64,000 nucleotides of DNA from Leucoraja erinacea (taxonomy: Eukaryota), in contig NC_073384.1 of the NCBI RefSeq assembly GCF_028641065.1, forward strand, positions 57,412,001 to 57,476,000. Reading direction: 5' to 3'. Below, piece after piece: positions 38,590 to 52,151 of this stretch; position 1 is the first letter of the stretch, and every line of letters begins with the position of its first letter. A model generated the notes under the pieces. The model saw only the letters and a program-made list of their open reading frames with translations. It ran no database searches and had not been told where the DNA came from. Made by a program: the position numbers and the translations under genes.

Positions 38590-40050
38590 TAAAGGGGCCA
38601 TGGAATGCCCTTGACAAGTTGGATTAAGAAACTTTGAAAGGCATTTTATACATACAGTACAAATCAGCAGACAGTTAGGGGGAAGGTTGGACAAGTCAAG
38701 GATGAAGGAGGGAATTCATGACTAGAGCCGGAGGAAGAGGCAAGGTACCATCAGTGGTTTGCATCAGTGCTCACCAAAGAGATGGGTCTGAAGGATAGTG
38801 AGATCAGTGTGGAGTTTCTCAGTAAGGACATATTGATATCAAGAAGATGATGGTGTTGGGTCTCTTAAAGAACACTAAGACGGATAAGCCATTAGGGCAC
38901 TTTGGGATTTATCCCAAGTTATTAAGATAGGCAAGACAGGAAATAGATGTGGCCTGAACAGGTGTGGCCTCAGAGACTAGAGAATAGCCAATGTTGGTCC
39001 TTCGTTCCCGAAGGGCAATGAGGATAATCCAGCACATTACAGGCCGGTAAGCCTCACGTCAATGAAAGGGAAGGTCATGGAGAAGATCCTCAGGGATCTG
39101 ATTTACTCACATTTGGAAACGCAGGACTTATTAAGGATGGTCAGCACAACTTTGTGTGAGGGAGGTCATGTTTTATGAACTGGTTTGAGTTTTTTTTTTG
39201 AAGAGGTGATGAAGTTGATTGATGAGGGTAGGGCAATGGATGTTGTCCAAGTGGACTTCAGTAAAGCATTTGAGATGGCCCCGCATGGTAGGCTGATCCA
39301 AAAGATTACAAAATATGGAATCTACCATGACCTAGTGGACTGGATTCAAAATTAGCTTAGCCATCGAAGACAGAAGCTGAAGGAATGATATTCTGACTGA
39401 AGGTCTATGGTCAGTGATGTTTCAGCTGGTCAGGAAGCATCTATGCAGGACATGGATGTCTTGGGTCAGAACCCTTCCACGTCCTCCAGAGATGCTGCCT
39501 GACCCACTTAGTTGCTCCAACACTTGCGGGTGTTTTTTCTTTGTAAAACCAGCAACTGCACTTCCTTGCGTTACCGAATCAGAGTACTGCTTGCATGCTT
39601 GCCTTACTCAGTTACAGTACTGAGTATGTCAGAAAGACATTTACAGCTTTATAAAACTACCTTTGGAATATTTTGTGTATTTCTGGTTGCCGCATTACAG
39701 GAAGGATTTATAGAGGTGTAGAAGCAGTTTGCCAGATCATTGCCTGGATTGGAATGAATTGGCTGTAAGGGGAGCTTGGACAAACTTGGACTGAAGAGTT
39801 GGAGGCTGAGGCGGGACCTGATAGAACAGTATAAAATTATGAGAGAGATAGGCACAATAGTCAGTGGCTTTTTCCAAGGATGGTCTTGCCAAATGCTGGA
39901 GGGCATCGGTTCAAGATGAGATGGGGGTGGGAAAGAGTTTAAAGAAGATTTCAAGGCATTTTTTGTTTACAGTAATTGGTAGGTGCCTGGAACACACTGC
40001 CAGGAGAGGCGGTGGAAGCAGATACAATAGCAACATTTAAGTGGTATTTG
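38590..40050 (+). mobile_element. Old CR1 ORF2 fragment
   Basis: YRPVSLTS, DFSKAF and AWNTLPGEAVEA remnants. Confidence 0.85.
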
Positions 40051-40056
40051 CATATA

Positions 40057-41447
40057 GGGCGGCACAGTGGCACAGCCATAGAAGGGCGGAACGGTGGCGC
40101 AGAGGTAGAGATGCTACATTACAGCGCTTGCAGAGCAAGAGACCCGGGTTTGATCCCTACTACGGGTGCTGTCTGTAAGGAGTTTGTATGTTCTCCCCGT
40201 GACCTGTGTGGGTTTTCCCCCCCAAGATCTTGGATTTTCTCCAACACTCCAAAGACGTAGAGGTATGTAGGTAAATTGGCTTGGAATAAGTGTAAATTGT
40301 CCCTCATGTGTGTAGGATAGTGTTAATGTGCGGGGATCGCTGGTCGGTGCAGACTTGGTGGGCTGAAGTAGCAATGTTACAAAATTTTGAGATTTAAAAA
40401 ATCAAGTCTGCAATTTATCCCATCAGATAAAGCATAACAATAAGTTTAATTTGACACCTAATTCACTTTCATATCTCAAGTAATAAAAAAGTTATGGCCA
40501 TTTTCATACTCGGAAATTAGCATCTTGTTTCCTATTGATTTTCTATGGACATAACAAAAAAGCTGTGATCGAGGACAGTCAAAAGCCCATAACCTTCTTA
40601 AAAATTAAGAGAACTGAATGAAATTTTCAGTTATCATAGATTGAACCATTCTGAAACAAATATAAAATAATCTTACTTGGAGGACCTGAAATTAAAGCAT
40701 ATAATTCGTTAGTTACCCCAATTGTAGCTAATTTCAAACTTCAATTACTAGATCTAAACATCTATCCATTTCTTAATAAATGATTAACATTTTTAAATAG
40801 CCTAAGTGTCCAAATAATATTCACAAATAATTCACAATAAAACATGATTTTTAAATCTCATTTACATCAATTTATAGGCCAAATGGAAGGCCAATTGCTG
40901 TAAATTAAAGTCAATTTAAATCGGCTTTCTAGTGGGTTCCTGTGAACGCGCTGGTTTAGAACGTTCACATTGCAGTGGATTTGTGCCCCCAAATGCCCAG
41001 AAAAATACTGCGGGATATAAAGAGCCCAAAATGAACTATTCGCTATAGAAAACGTTATATACAGGGTTCTTAAGAAGCCCCTTTTAATGTAAAAATAAGG
41101 TACATACCTTTAATTGTTTGCTTTATAAAACCCTGGGGCTGCGAGAGGTAGCGGGTTTAGAGAGTGGTTTTTAAACTACTATAACTATTATACAAGGCCA
41201 TAAAAACTAATAATACCTTTTGCGACGGGGTCTTTCAGCGATTTTCCGTTAATGATTTACTAGGCTGAACATTTTCGATTGCAACAGCCTAGTAAAAATC
41301 GCGTTTTAAACCCGCCCCCTCTAAACAGCGCCAAAATCACGCACACGGGGCTGGGACAGATTCTCAGCCACGATTCAGGTAGGTTTTGTAACATACCTAG
41401 CTGAAGGGCCAGTTTCCGCGTTGTCTCTCTAAACTATAAAACTAAAG
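40057..41447 (+). mobile_element. V-SINE split by a DNA transposon
   Basis: Head and V-domain at 40057-40368; tail resumes at 41400-41447. Confidence 0.85.
40369..41399. mobile_element. Non-autonomous TIR DNA transposon, 1031 bp
   Basis: TIRs tagcaatgttacaaaa and ttttgtaacataccta; 7-bp TSD gctgaag. Confidence 0.85.
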
Positions 41448-44400
41448 TAACACGCAGAGGATGGAGGGATATAGACTATTTGCAGGCAGATGGGATTTAA
41501 TTTGGCATCCAGCACAGACATGTTGGATTGAGGCCTGTTCCTGTGCTCTACTGTTCTACATTCTATCAATACAAACCTGTACAGTCATCACCACTCTGCT
41601 GTGATATACTCTCTGCAACATTATCCTTTACTCTTGGGACATAGGATGCATACAACACAAGTGGAAAAATGAAAGCAGAAATTGCATAAAGATGCCAAAA
41701 TTTGTGATATTATTCATATCTTTAAAATTATCAACACGATTACACTAACTTTTTTTTACCACACCTAGGCTGTTGAATATTGTAATGAGGGCATTTATGG
41801 TCTCAGTTAGCAACAACTTTCAAGTATATTGTAAACATTTTTCTCTGCATGTTGTACTCTTCCGATATCACTGGTGTCTGCTCCTGCACGTCCTTTCAAT
41901 ACTAAAATTCACGCATCAATGAGACCCAGATAATGATACAATTGCTGATATCACAATGCCAAACGTGACATCACGTAGAATGTTTGTGTTGGTCAGACCA
42001 CACAGGTCCACGTGGCTGAAGGCAAAAGAGACTGCAGATGCTGGAATTGCAAGTAAAAAACACAAAGATGGAAGAACAGTGGAACAAGCAGCATATCTAG
42101 AGGCAAAACGCGTAAGATGGCATTTTGGGTCAAAACACTGCAGCTTAGGAGAACACTGTGCATGATATTGAGTCATAGAGTTATAGAGTCATAGAGTGTG
42201 GAAACAGGCCCTTCGGCCCAATTTGCCAACACCGGCCAACATGTCCCAGCTACACTAGACCCACCTGCCAGCATTTGGTCCATATCCCTCCAAACCTGTC
42301 CAATCTATATAGTGGAGTGTTATTACCATTCTACTATCATATCTAAAGACGTTTTGGAAGAGTCACCACAAAAGGAATGTAAAGAGCTTCAAGAATCTCA
42401 GAAATCTAACTTTTCTGCAGAAAATAAAAGCAATGGTCACATATCCTCCAAATACAAAAATAAATCATGCTACAGAGTTCCCCCGTTCACCAATATCTAA
42501 ATCCACCAAAACCATCATCTTTTTTCCCCAGCCTGGAACGCATCTGATGTACTATCAACCCAAGCACTGGCTTCAGATACTTGATCATAGCTGAGTGCAT
42601 TCCCTTCACAATACTCGTTTCATAAGTGGCATGTAGGCCATCAGATTTGCATCTTCTTTGAGAAAAGGAAAACAATTCCAGAATATGACTATTCCCAAGT
42701 CATCAATAAAAATACTGCAATGTAACACATTGGAAGAGTTTTATTCCTTTTGTCATTTTGAAACAATGCCCATTATTTTTTCCCCCACAAACGGCATGCT
42801 GTTTGTTGCATGTTATTTGAAACCACCAATTTTCCTGATATTTTGTCAATTTAAATGTTGTACATTGACATGAGTAGATTCTGTAGCACGAGGCATTTAT
42901 TTGCAAAGGGATCTATAAAAGTATGTAACTTTATTGATATGTGTACAACACTCCATGACGACGCAATATACCTGTCTTTGCCCCTCCAGCAGTCACTTTA
43001 ACTAGTTGAAATTCTGAAAACAAACGTCAGGGTTTTCTGTAGCTGACAGTACAAGGAATATACTGACTAAATAAGGATTTGTTACTGCCATCCACAGGAA
43101 TAGTGGCTCCATTGCTTTTTTTTTTTTAATAGTAACATTATTCTGCAGAAATTGTTTCCCTCACCATCACTCTTATATTTCTAACAAAGGTGTATTGTCA
43201 ATAAAAACCTTTTTACAATAATCTTCAAATTTTAGACACTTAGAGGCATGGCAAAACCACATTAATTTTGTATGGTGATGGATTCATTTGTGAAGTTTAG
43301 ATTATGAAAGCCATTCCAATTAAAAAAAAGACTTAATTTCACTGCATTCTACATTGCTAACACCAATGCCCCAAATCTTTTTCCGGACTACCCTTCTTCC
43401 CTGACTTTTAATTTCAGCAATCACAAATCCTTGAAACATATTAAGCAAACAATTTTTATTTTCTATTTTTTATTTTAAAATTTATATATTATGTCTATGC
43501 AGAAATTCAAAACTCCATATTAAAAAGACGCCCTGACTCTCAGACTGAAGAATGGTCTCGACCCGAGACGTCACCTATTCCTTTTCTCCATAGACGCTGC
43601 CTGACCTGCTGTTACTTCAGCTTTTTGCGTCTATCTAAAATATTCAGCATGTGACAAGCTCATGAAGGCCTCGAACTCTGAGTGCTTTTAACTACATCTT
43701 TTTAACAATGATGGCCTTAGTACTGTTACACCAGTAAAAAAAGCCAGACACACAGCTGGGATCAACTAAACAAGCAAGATTGTCTTCCCTTTTGTAGACC
43801 AACAATACTTCATCAGGCTAACAAGGATAACAGATCTCTAATGCCACAGATTTTAATCACCAATGCAATTTCCAATATCCCTCCGGTCAGACGAACATAT
43901 TTACTGAGAGTTTTGCTCAATTTTGTTACTTTGGGAGATGACATGCTCACCTGTAATTGTCACACATTAAAATACCATACTTGGTACGGGCAATTTCCTC
44001 ATCACAGCTAAAAATCAGACTGTTCAGCCACAGGTGAACAATAGTCTCTACCTGGCTATAATCCAGTGAAGACAAAAAATAATTTGATCTTTTCATCAAT
44101 TTATAAGGTGAAAACGTTACTTACTAGTGACCAGATAAAAGTACTTTCTGTATTTTTCACAGAATAGCAATTGATTTAGCTAAACGCTAAATTAACCTGC
44201 ATTTTATCCAGTTAACTACAACATCATTAATTGATAGGCAATGGAAATTGTGAAAGGAAAGAAATTGTTTTCACAAATTTCAGCAAATTAATAACTAAAG
44301 ATCCAAAATGAATAAATTGTGCGATTATATATGAAACCGGAAAGCTGCATTCCTTTTCATATGAAGAGGACTCGCAACTAATCATTTATAATTTATAATT

Positions 44401-45657
44401 TATAATTTTCGGAAAATAGGAGCCCGACAACTAAAATGTGACAAAACCACCAAACTGGCAAGATGAATGTACGTGCTTACATGCATCTGATCAGCCACAT
44501 AAGGGAGAATGATTACCTTGATAACTGCAGAATTGAGTGGAAGAGGTTCTTTTCTAAACAGGACATCATTGGGTAGAAATTCATCCTCGGTCGTGTAAAA
44601 GTGCAACGTCTAGTAGCTGCACATTGAAATTCACTTCTGAAATTCGCTCCCACTGACTTCCGTACAGCAGAATTTCAGAAGAGAGTACAACACACATATG
44701 CTGCAACAATGTGAGTTTAGCAAATTATAAACTTCCACCCCCATACACTTTAGCTAATGCTGATACAAGTGTGTAAATGCAACACTTGCTGAAATCAGAA
44801 TATATTCTGAACATATCAAAGTAACAAGGAGGGGAGTGCTGATTTCAAATGTTATTCAAGGCCACAGCTGGGAGACTCAAACCATTTTCAGATTCTGGCT
44901 TCATTTGAATTTTATCAGTGAGCTGCAGATGTCAAGCAGAATGTTAAACACTTTCTCAAACAGGAGCGCACCCTCCTCATAAAAATTCTCTAACCATAGA
45001 AACCGACCCAGAAGCAAATAGAGGGAAGAAATAATTACTGTCAAGAGAGAAAAACAAGTGATCAGCAGAAAACATCTCTCAAGATTCTCCTCAGAAACCT
45101 GCCTCAATTTTCTTTTTAAACTGATCAGAAAAGCAGCTGATACTCTGCAGCATTTAAATGACGGAGCTGATGGGATGGAGAGCCATCCTTTGGATTTGGC
45201 AATGACACAGAGATAAGCCGCAAAAGTGGCAGCACTACATTGCAAAGAGTTATTGATAGATTAAACAAAGTAGCAAAAACTCTTGCAAATGAATTCTATA
45301 GCATGCAAATGAGAAGGCATATGCTGCACACAAAATAAATATTTTCACATAAGAATATGGAAGGGTACCGACCTATCCACATTCTCCAGCCATGCTGCCT
45401 GGCCTGATGAGTTACTCCAGCACTTTATGTCTATCTTTGGTATAACCCAGCATCTGCATTTCCATGATATTAAATATGTTCATCAAATATGTTCAGGGAG
45501 GCTGGCTAAACTGAGGTCAACATTAGTAATTTGTTGAATCGATTCAAGTGTTTGCGGTGTAAGTGGATGTGCTGTCACCAGAGATGGCTCGCTCAAGGCA
45601 TGGGGCTCACCATGTGGGTTATGGCCGGGTCAAGGTGGCCAGGCACACAATCTGTGC

Positions 45658-46249
45658 CAAAGATTATAGATCAGAGCAAGATGCGCCACTCTGCGAAAAA
45701 AGTGTAGTATGACATGGGTATGACATGACATCATTTTATTGAGCAGCAATTTACATTAATATTAATACATTTTACAATAATATTAACTAAATATGTGACG
45801 TGATCGATGCTATATAAAACACTGTTCCCTCCAACACTGATTACACCAAAGATGATAGAGCGGATCAATCTTTGGAACGGATTACACCAAAGATACTAGA
45901 GGAGCGTTGCCCGCTGCCTCGGGAGCGCCGACCACGGGCAGACGCTTGAGGCTCTCCCGCCGGCCAACTTCATCTGGTACCGGGGGGGACCGAGAATCAG
46001 TCCTGGATCAACTCAGGAGTGGAGGAAACGTCCTCTTCCCCCAAAGATACTAGAGGAGCCTCCAGTATCTTTGCTTTTCCCTGTGACCTGATGTAAGAGC
46101 AGATTGTATAACTGTGGAACCCGTCCCCGCTACCAAAGATGTCGCGTTTGGCATAAACAAATGGCGGCCGTGACGTTCCGTTACGTACTACACGTCAGCC
46201 CATTGGATTTAGGAAGAGTGGTCTATCTTGCTCTGCTCTATAATCTTTG
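45658..46249. mobile_element. MITE, probably P superfamily
   Basis: Perfect 8-bp TSD atctgtgc; ~34-bp imperfect TIRs caaagattataga.cagagcaagat. Superfamily inferred from the CA..TG termini and TSD length. Confidence 0.8.
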
Positions 46250-46562
46250 ATCTGTGCTGTTCCTCATGTAGCGCCTGTAGGGAAGCCAGTCACATCTTCA
46301 CTGGCCTGTCCTCAAGCAGCTGAGGGTTATCCGGGCTTTCCTTGAAAGATTAAAACTTGGGACTTCATCATTCGTGTCAGTTGCAAGGTTGTGGTCGGTG
46401 ATGTTTACGACAGTCAGGAGGTGTGCCACCAAGAGGAGAGGTGGGGCCCACATTTATTTGTCGAGCTCCAGGCATGTTCTCCCAGCAGATTAATTAATGT
46501 CCTTTGTCAGGGAGTGCACATCACTAGCCACCAGCGATAAACATTATTTAAGGAAAATGTTT

Positions 46563-46866
46563 TTAGTTTAGTTTAGTTTACTTTAGTTTAGTTTAGTTTA
46601 GAGGTATGGTGTGGAAACAGGCCCTTCGGCCCATCGGGTCTGCACCGACCAACAATCACCCGAACACTAGTTCAATCCGACACACTGGGGACAATTCACA
46701 GAAACCGATTAACCTACAAACCTGCACATCTTTGGAATGTGGGAGGAAACTAGAGCACCCAGAGAGAACGTACAAACTCCACACAGACAGCACCCGTAGT
46801 CAGGATCAAACCCGGGTCCCTGGCGCCTCTAGGCAGCACCTCTACCACTGTGCCCACCATGCCGCC
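46563..46866 (-). mobile_element. V-SINE
   Basis: (taaac)n tail, V-domain, tRNA-like head. Confidence 0.88.
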
Positions 46867-48651
46867 CCCTTTTCTTGTGAACAGCAGGAGATTCAAAGTG
46901 GTCAAGCACAGGAAGACACTCAAGCCACATTGGTCTCAATGCTCCAGATGATCCTCATGGCTTCCCGCAGATGAATAGCCACCAAGGTTTGTGCGGCAGC
47001 TCGCGTGTCAGGTAGAGCAGCAGCGTTCAGCTGTTGGTGCAGGACTCACATCGTAGAGACGAAGCTTACAGGCTGTAATTTATTTTTCAAACCAAAATAA
47101 ACATACTATGTTGGTTCCGAATGTTGCTGTTTTTGTCCCCCCAACAAACCTAGTATTTTGCAGAAAACAGAATCAGAGCAGCAACAAAGTCTTTGAAATT
47201 GTCTCACGGAGTAGCAATGATGGTGGCATTATAGTGAATGTATGATAGGACAAAATCAGCTGGAAATACATTTGGACAAAAGCCTCCTAATGGCAACCTT
47301 TGTTGTTTCTGTAACCATTCACTTGCATTAGCGTCGCTGCAGCTGCAACTCATACAGTTTCACTTGAATGAAAATATTAAGGCAAGAAACCACTCGCTTA
47401 TTTTATTTTCATTCAACTTTACTGCATTTATTTTGTAAACTGCGTGCACAACAATACACTAAACATCTGGAGAAGCAGGTAATTAACGTGTCATACCAAA
47501 TTAACACATTTAATACTAAGCCCATGCATGCGATCATAATTATAGCTGTTTTCTTCTAAATGATGATACTGTAGCTTAATGTTTGATAGTGCACAAGTAG
47601 TGATTTTCTGCATATTCAGTACAAAAAAAGGGCATCCATAACTTGCCATGGTTCAACCAATGCAGTTCTCTTGCAACTCAAATTTCATAGAGTGCACACA
47701 GCAATGTCTCCCCCCTGTCATTATTCAACATCAAAATTACAAAAAGCTCCAGCAAATTCTATGAAAGTGTTCCCTTTTACTTCCAAGCAGTTACAGTAAT
47801 GATTACAATTAGTCTATTAATTGAAAAACATTTTCCATAATGTATTGTACTGCTTGGTGCTCCTGCTAAAATTGACTCACTTAGTTCATTTACATGCAGA
47901 ATAAAATCATATTTGAAAACAGCATATTTAAATCAATGTGTAAAGCTTATCAATCAGATGTTCTATTTGCAAGTAAAATTAAAGTATCAGTCATATTTTT
48001 CTTTCATATTAAATGGAAGTAAAAAATCTTTGATTCCTGGTACCGTCCCATTTAACAGCAAGATAGCAATGTGAATGCTGTACACAACAACCACTGTGCT
48101 TACTTATATATGAGAATAACGTGTTGTTGCTCTACAGCACTGCAAATCTATCCAACAAATGATAAAAAATATGCAAACAAAATGAAGATGCGGCAGCCAT
48201 ATTACAAAACACAATCGTTTTATTAAAAGCATACTGTACACTCCCCTCCACCACCTCTGAAAAGGCTTCAGGCATCACGACTGCCCGCTTTTACATTTTC
48301 TCCAAATCTAACGTAGCCACTCCATATGAAGACTCCTTAAAATGTCCCCTTTCAATCTCATCTTTGGACTTCTCTTCTGTTTATGTGTCACCACCTGCTC
48401 AGTGCAATTCTCCTTTCAACCTTTCAAAATGTCTTGGGACGCCCTGCTTTTGTTCAAAGGCGCTTTTTACTTTAACTGTTGCTGCCGGCACTGCAAAACA
48501 GTTGTGGCTGTCCAAGTAAAGTTGAACATCGAGTAAACAGATTGCTTGAAAACTCCCCAGTACTGTCAGATTAACTAAATTCCCAATTACTTTATTGCTT
48601 AAAAATTCAGAAAATAACACGTTGAGTTCTGGATATAAAAATATTAGATGG

Positions 48652-48815
48652 AAACATAGAAACATAGAAAATAGGTGCAGGATTAGGCCATTCGGCCCTT
48701 CGAGCCTGCACCGCCATTCAATATGATCATGGCAGATCATCCAACTCAGTATCCCGTACCTGCCTTCTCTCCCTACCCCCTGATCCCCTTAGCCACAAGG
48801 GCCACATCTAACTCC
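48652..48815 (-). mobile_element. HER1-like CR1 3' end
   Basis: Matches 9330-9490. Confidence 0.92.
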
Positions 48816-49133
48816 TAGATGTAGATGTACTATGAATGGGGAGAATGGCCCAATTCTATCCTCACATAACATTCTGAGCATTCTTAGCCTGAGAAGAAGT
48901 ATGACATTGCATTCATTTGAAGTTAGGAGTTTGTCACTGAATCATAGAGTCAAGCAGAGTAGAAACAACTCCACGGGCCCATCATGTCCAAGTCAACTAT
49001 TGTACCCATTTACACGAATCTCATTTTCCCACATCAGGTCCAGAGCCTTCTATGCTTTGACTAGTCAAGTACCTGAGAATATCTGCCTCCACCAGCTCTT
49101 CAGGCAGACATCCAGTTACTAACCCTTTAACTC

Positions 49134-49550
49134 CTCCTCCCATTCCCACACTGACCTCTCTGTCCTGGGCCTCCTCCATTGTCAGAGGAACAACAACTCG
49201 CTTGGGCAGCTAACACCCCAGTGGTATGAACATTGACTTCTCTAACTTCAAGTAACCCTTGCATTCCCTCTCTCATCATCCCCTCCCCCTTCCCAGTTCT
49301 CCGACCAGTCTTACAGTCTCCGACTACATTTTATCTCTGTTTGCTTTGTTATTACCTTCTTCCAACTAACAATAATCTATTCTACATTGTCCTTGATCTC
49401 CATTCCCTGTCCTGTTTTCACACCTTATACTTCCTTATCTACGTACCTCCCACTCCCCTGACATCAGTCTGAAGAAGGTTCTCGTCACCCATTCCTTCTC
49501 TCCAGAGATGCTGCCTGTCCCGCTGAGATACTCCAGCATTTTGTGTCTAT
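49134..49550 (+). mobile_element. Penelope-like element 3' end (end of the GIY-YIG region plus pLTR)
   Basis: DLSVLGLLHC...P.GMNIDFSNFK* remnant, followed by tctgaagaagg..gtcacc..gatgctgcctg. Confidence 0.7.
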
Positions 49551-50702
49551 CCAGATACCAATGCAGAAAGAATTCCCCCCTCAAAACCTCCTTTCTTTCA
49601 CCTCAAACCTAAGGTGCAAAGGAGTTCTGAATGGGATGAATGATGACCTCCTTCTGCAGCGTAACTATAATGCGACTCTCGTTAAAACTTACAAAAACCT
49701 TCTTTGCAACTCCGTACCGAGTTTGCTGAAATCCAGCCTCTGTATTCTGTAAACACTGGCAACATAAAAACTCTTCCTATATGTCACAGTGCAGCTTGTA
49801 TCTTCATTAATGAGATACGCATGTATTTTACGGTTTAATTGCTCTTCACATCACAGGAAGAGCAGGTGATCATTGTGGTCTATCTCTATATCAAGTATCA
49901 ACAAAAGTCTGCTGGGAGAAGATTAAAAGTATAAAGAAAATAAATGGCCAATTGCAAAATTGATTTTGCAATCGTGTCGGCATTTTATATGTGTGATATT
50001 CAAAACAAAGTGACCATTCTTGGTTAGGCAAACTCTTAATTGTTGTCGTACCTGACGAGTTGTCTTTGCCAGGAACCAACAAATACACAGAATAAGCATT
50101 TCTGTATATCTTTTAGAACATAACCCCCCCCCCCCCCCGTACTACCAGAGGCTAAAAACAAAAAGTCCATTAGAATATAACTTGGTCAGCATACAAATGA
50201 TTTCTACTTTAGTCTGCAATCAAATTATGACTTCAACCATTTGGTAAGTCAAATGTATCAAAAGGTCCAATAATGTTAGTGATTTCAAATGTATTTGCCT
50301 CGAAAATGTAACTTGTCTACAAATATGTTAGAGGAGTTGCGCGGGAAGATTGTGCCAGTTTCTACAAGGCTCCCAAGCTCAGATATTCTATCAAGCTCAA
50401 GGCATTGTTTGCAATGGGAAGATTTTAACAACAATTTTATTTGTAATAGCAACATTAAGACAGGAAAACACAAGGCATCGTGAGACAAGAATAGACAAAA
50501 GGAGATCATCATACAACCAAAAGCTTAATCAAAGAGGAAAGCTTAAAGGAGCAATTATAAGACGGACTGAGAAACAAAAGGCTGAGAGGTTTGGGGAGAG
50601 AATTTCTAACCTTCAAACCTGGGCACTGAAGTCAAAGCCTTTGAAGGTAGAGCAATTACATGCAGGACAGAAAAAAGAATCAGATTCAGAGCAGTGTTTA
50701 CG

Positions 50703-50824
50703 AAGGAACTGCAGATGCTGGAAAATTGAAGGTAGACAAAAATGCTGGAGAAACTCAGCGGGTGAGGCAGCATCTATGGAGCGAAGGAAATAGGCGACGT
50801 TTCGGGTCGACACCCTTCCTCAGA
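50703..50824 (-). mobile_element. Penelope-type pLTR fragment with an intact minimal hammerhead core
   Basis: ctgagga-a-gggt-gtcg-accc-gaaacgtc on the minus strand. Confidence 0.72.
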
Positions 50825-51779
50825 GTAGAGCAAGTTTCTCCAAGCACGAGAGCACTATGTGGCATTACAAATAGGACCAGGGCTAAGCCACTGATAGGTT
50901 TGAAAGCAAGATTCATAGTTTAAAATTATGGTACTGTTTAAAACGAGGAGCCAGTATATATCAACAATGAAAGTTGAATCGAAACAGTACAGGATTTAAG
51001 CAACTTCAAGCTTGCAGCAGAAGAAGAGGACTCATGAGGAAAACATTATAATAATTAAATCCAGTGATAGGAAAAGCATGGATGCAAGGTTCAACAGCAG
51101 GGTAGTTATGGCACAGCGAGAATCAAGTGACGTTATAGAGGGTAAAATCACAATATCATGGATATGAAATACCATGTCCAAGACATGGTAGATTGTGAAC
51201 AGCCTGGTCCAGAGACAGGACAGACTCGCATGAAACTAGAGAATCAAATTGGTGAAGGATTGAATATAATGTCTTCTGCCTTCCTTAAAGGAATTCTCTG
51301 CTCATCCAATGCTGGATTCAGGACAAACAGTGGGATCATTTAATTGTGAAAATATCAATGTAAAAGGTGGCAGTGAGGTTAAGTTGTGCATCATGCCATA
51401 TAATTGAAAACACAAGAAACCTCAAATCGGATTCCTTTGAAGCATGCCAATTTTAAAATGTCCAATATCTGTCACTGAACCGGTTGTATTTCCCTTGTGG
51501 GGCAAAGTGGAGAAGAGGGGGTAACTTTTTTCTGTTAAAATTGTGTTATGAGAAGATACTGAAAGTTTTCTATTCCTTGCACAATTTGAATTGTGAATAA
51601 TTTAATTCAGATTTGCAGAATTTACATTAAACCTGGTTTGATCAGAAATCATTGTCTATTTTAAAGTATTTTTAAATGCAGAAACACAGAATAGAGAAAA
51701 AACGTCAATGTTATTCTTTTGGTATATGTATACTGTATAATCAAGAAACCTGCATGATCACTGCTTTTGACAAACTCAC

Positions 51780-52151
51780 CTTGAACTCCTTGAAGCAAAA
51801 AATCAACTCCAATCTGGTAGAAATGGAAGGCACTTTCATAATCCTGTTCTGCCTCCTTTTGCAAAGCCAGCTTTATCTGCTCTCCAGCCTTTACCAAGTA
51901 GTCACCTCTCCCAGTTCTCTGCTTCAGACTTCCAAATGGTTGTGACCATGAGACTTTGTTTCCGTCTGCTCCATCTTTGCTCATGTCCTGACGAGGTCTC
52001 GCACTAGGTTCGGGGGAGCCGTTAGGTCTCCTATATCTGGTTGGAGAGCTTCGATTTGATGCCATTCCATCATCACATTCGGTGAGAGAATCCACATCCA
52101 CTGTCAGTGACAAAATATCACTGTCGCTGGACAACCCTGGTTGTTCTTGTT
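51780..52151 (-). CDS. RPS6KC1: RPS6KC1 coding exon (linker plus MIT domain N-terminal half), 372 nt, or 357 nt from acceptor 52136
   Basis: Polypyrimidine tract then cgtag| ... GTTCAAG|gtgagt. Encodes SSDSDILSLTVDVDSLTECDDGMASN...DYLVKAGEQIKLALQKEAEQDYESAFHFYQIGVDFLLQGVQG. Phase 1-1. Confidence 0.95.

Noticed and set aside
44901-45245. 114-aa minus-strand ORF in unique sequence
   Set aside because: Non-ATG start, no recognisable domain, no convincing splice pair. The RPS6KC1 exons join correctly without it.
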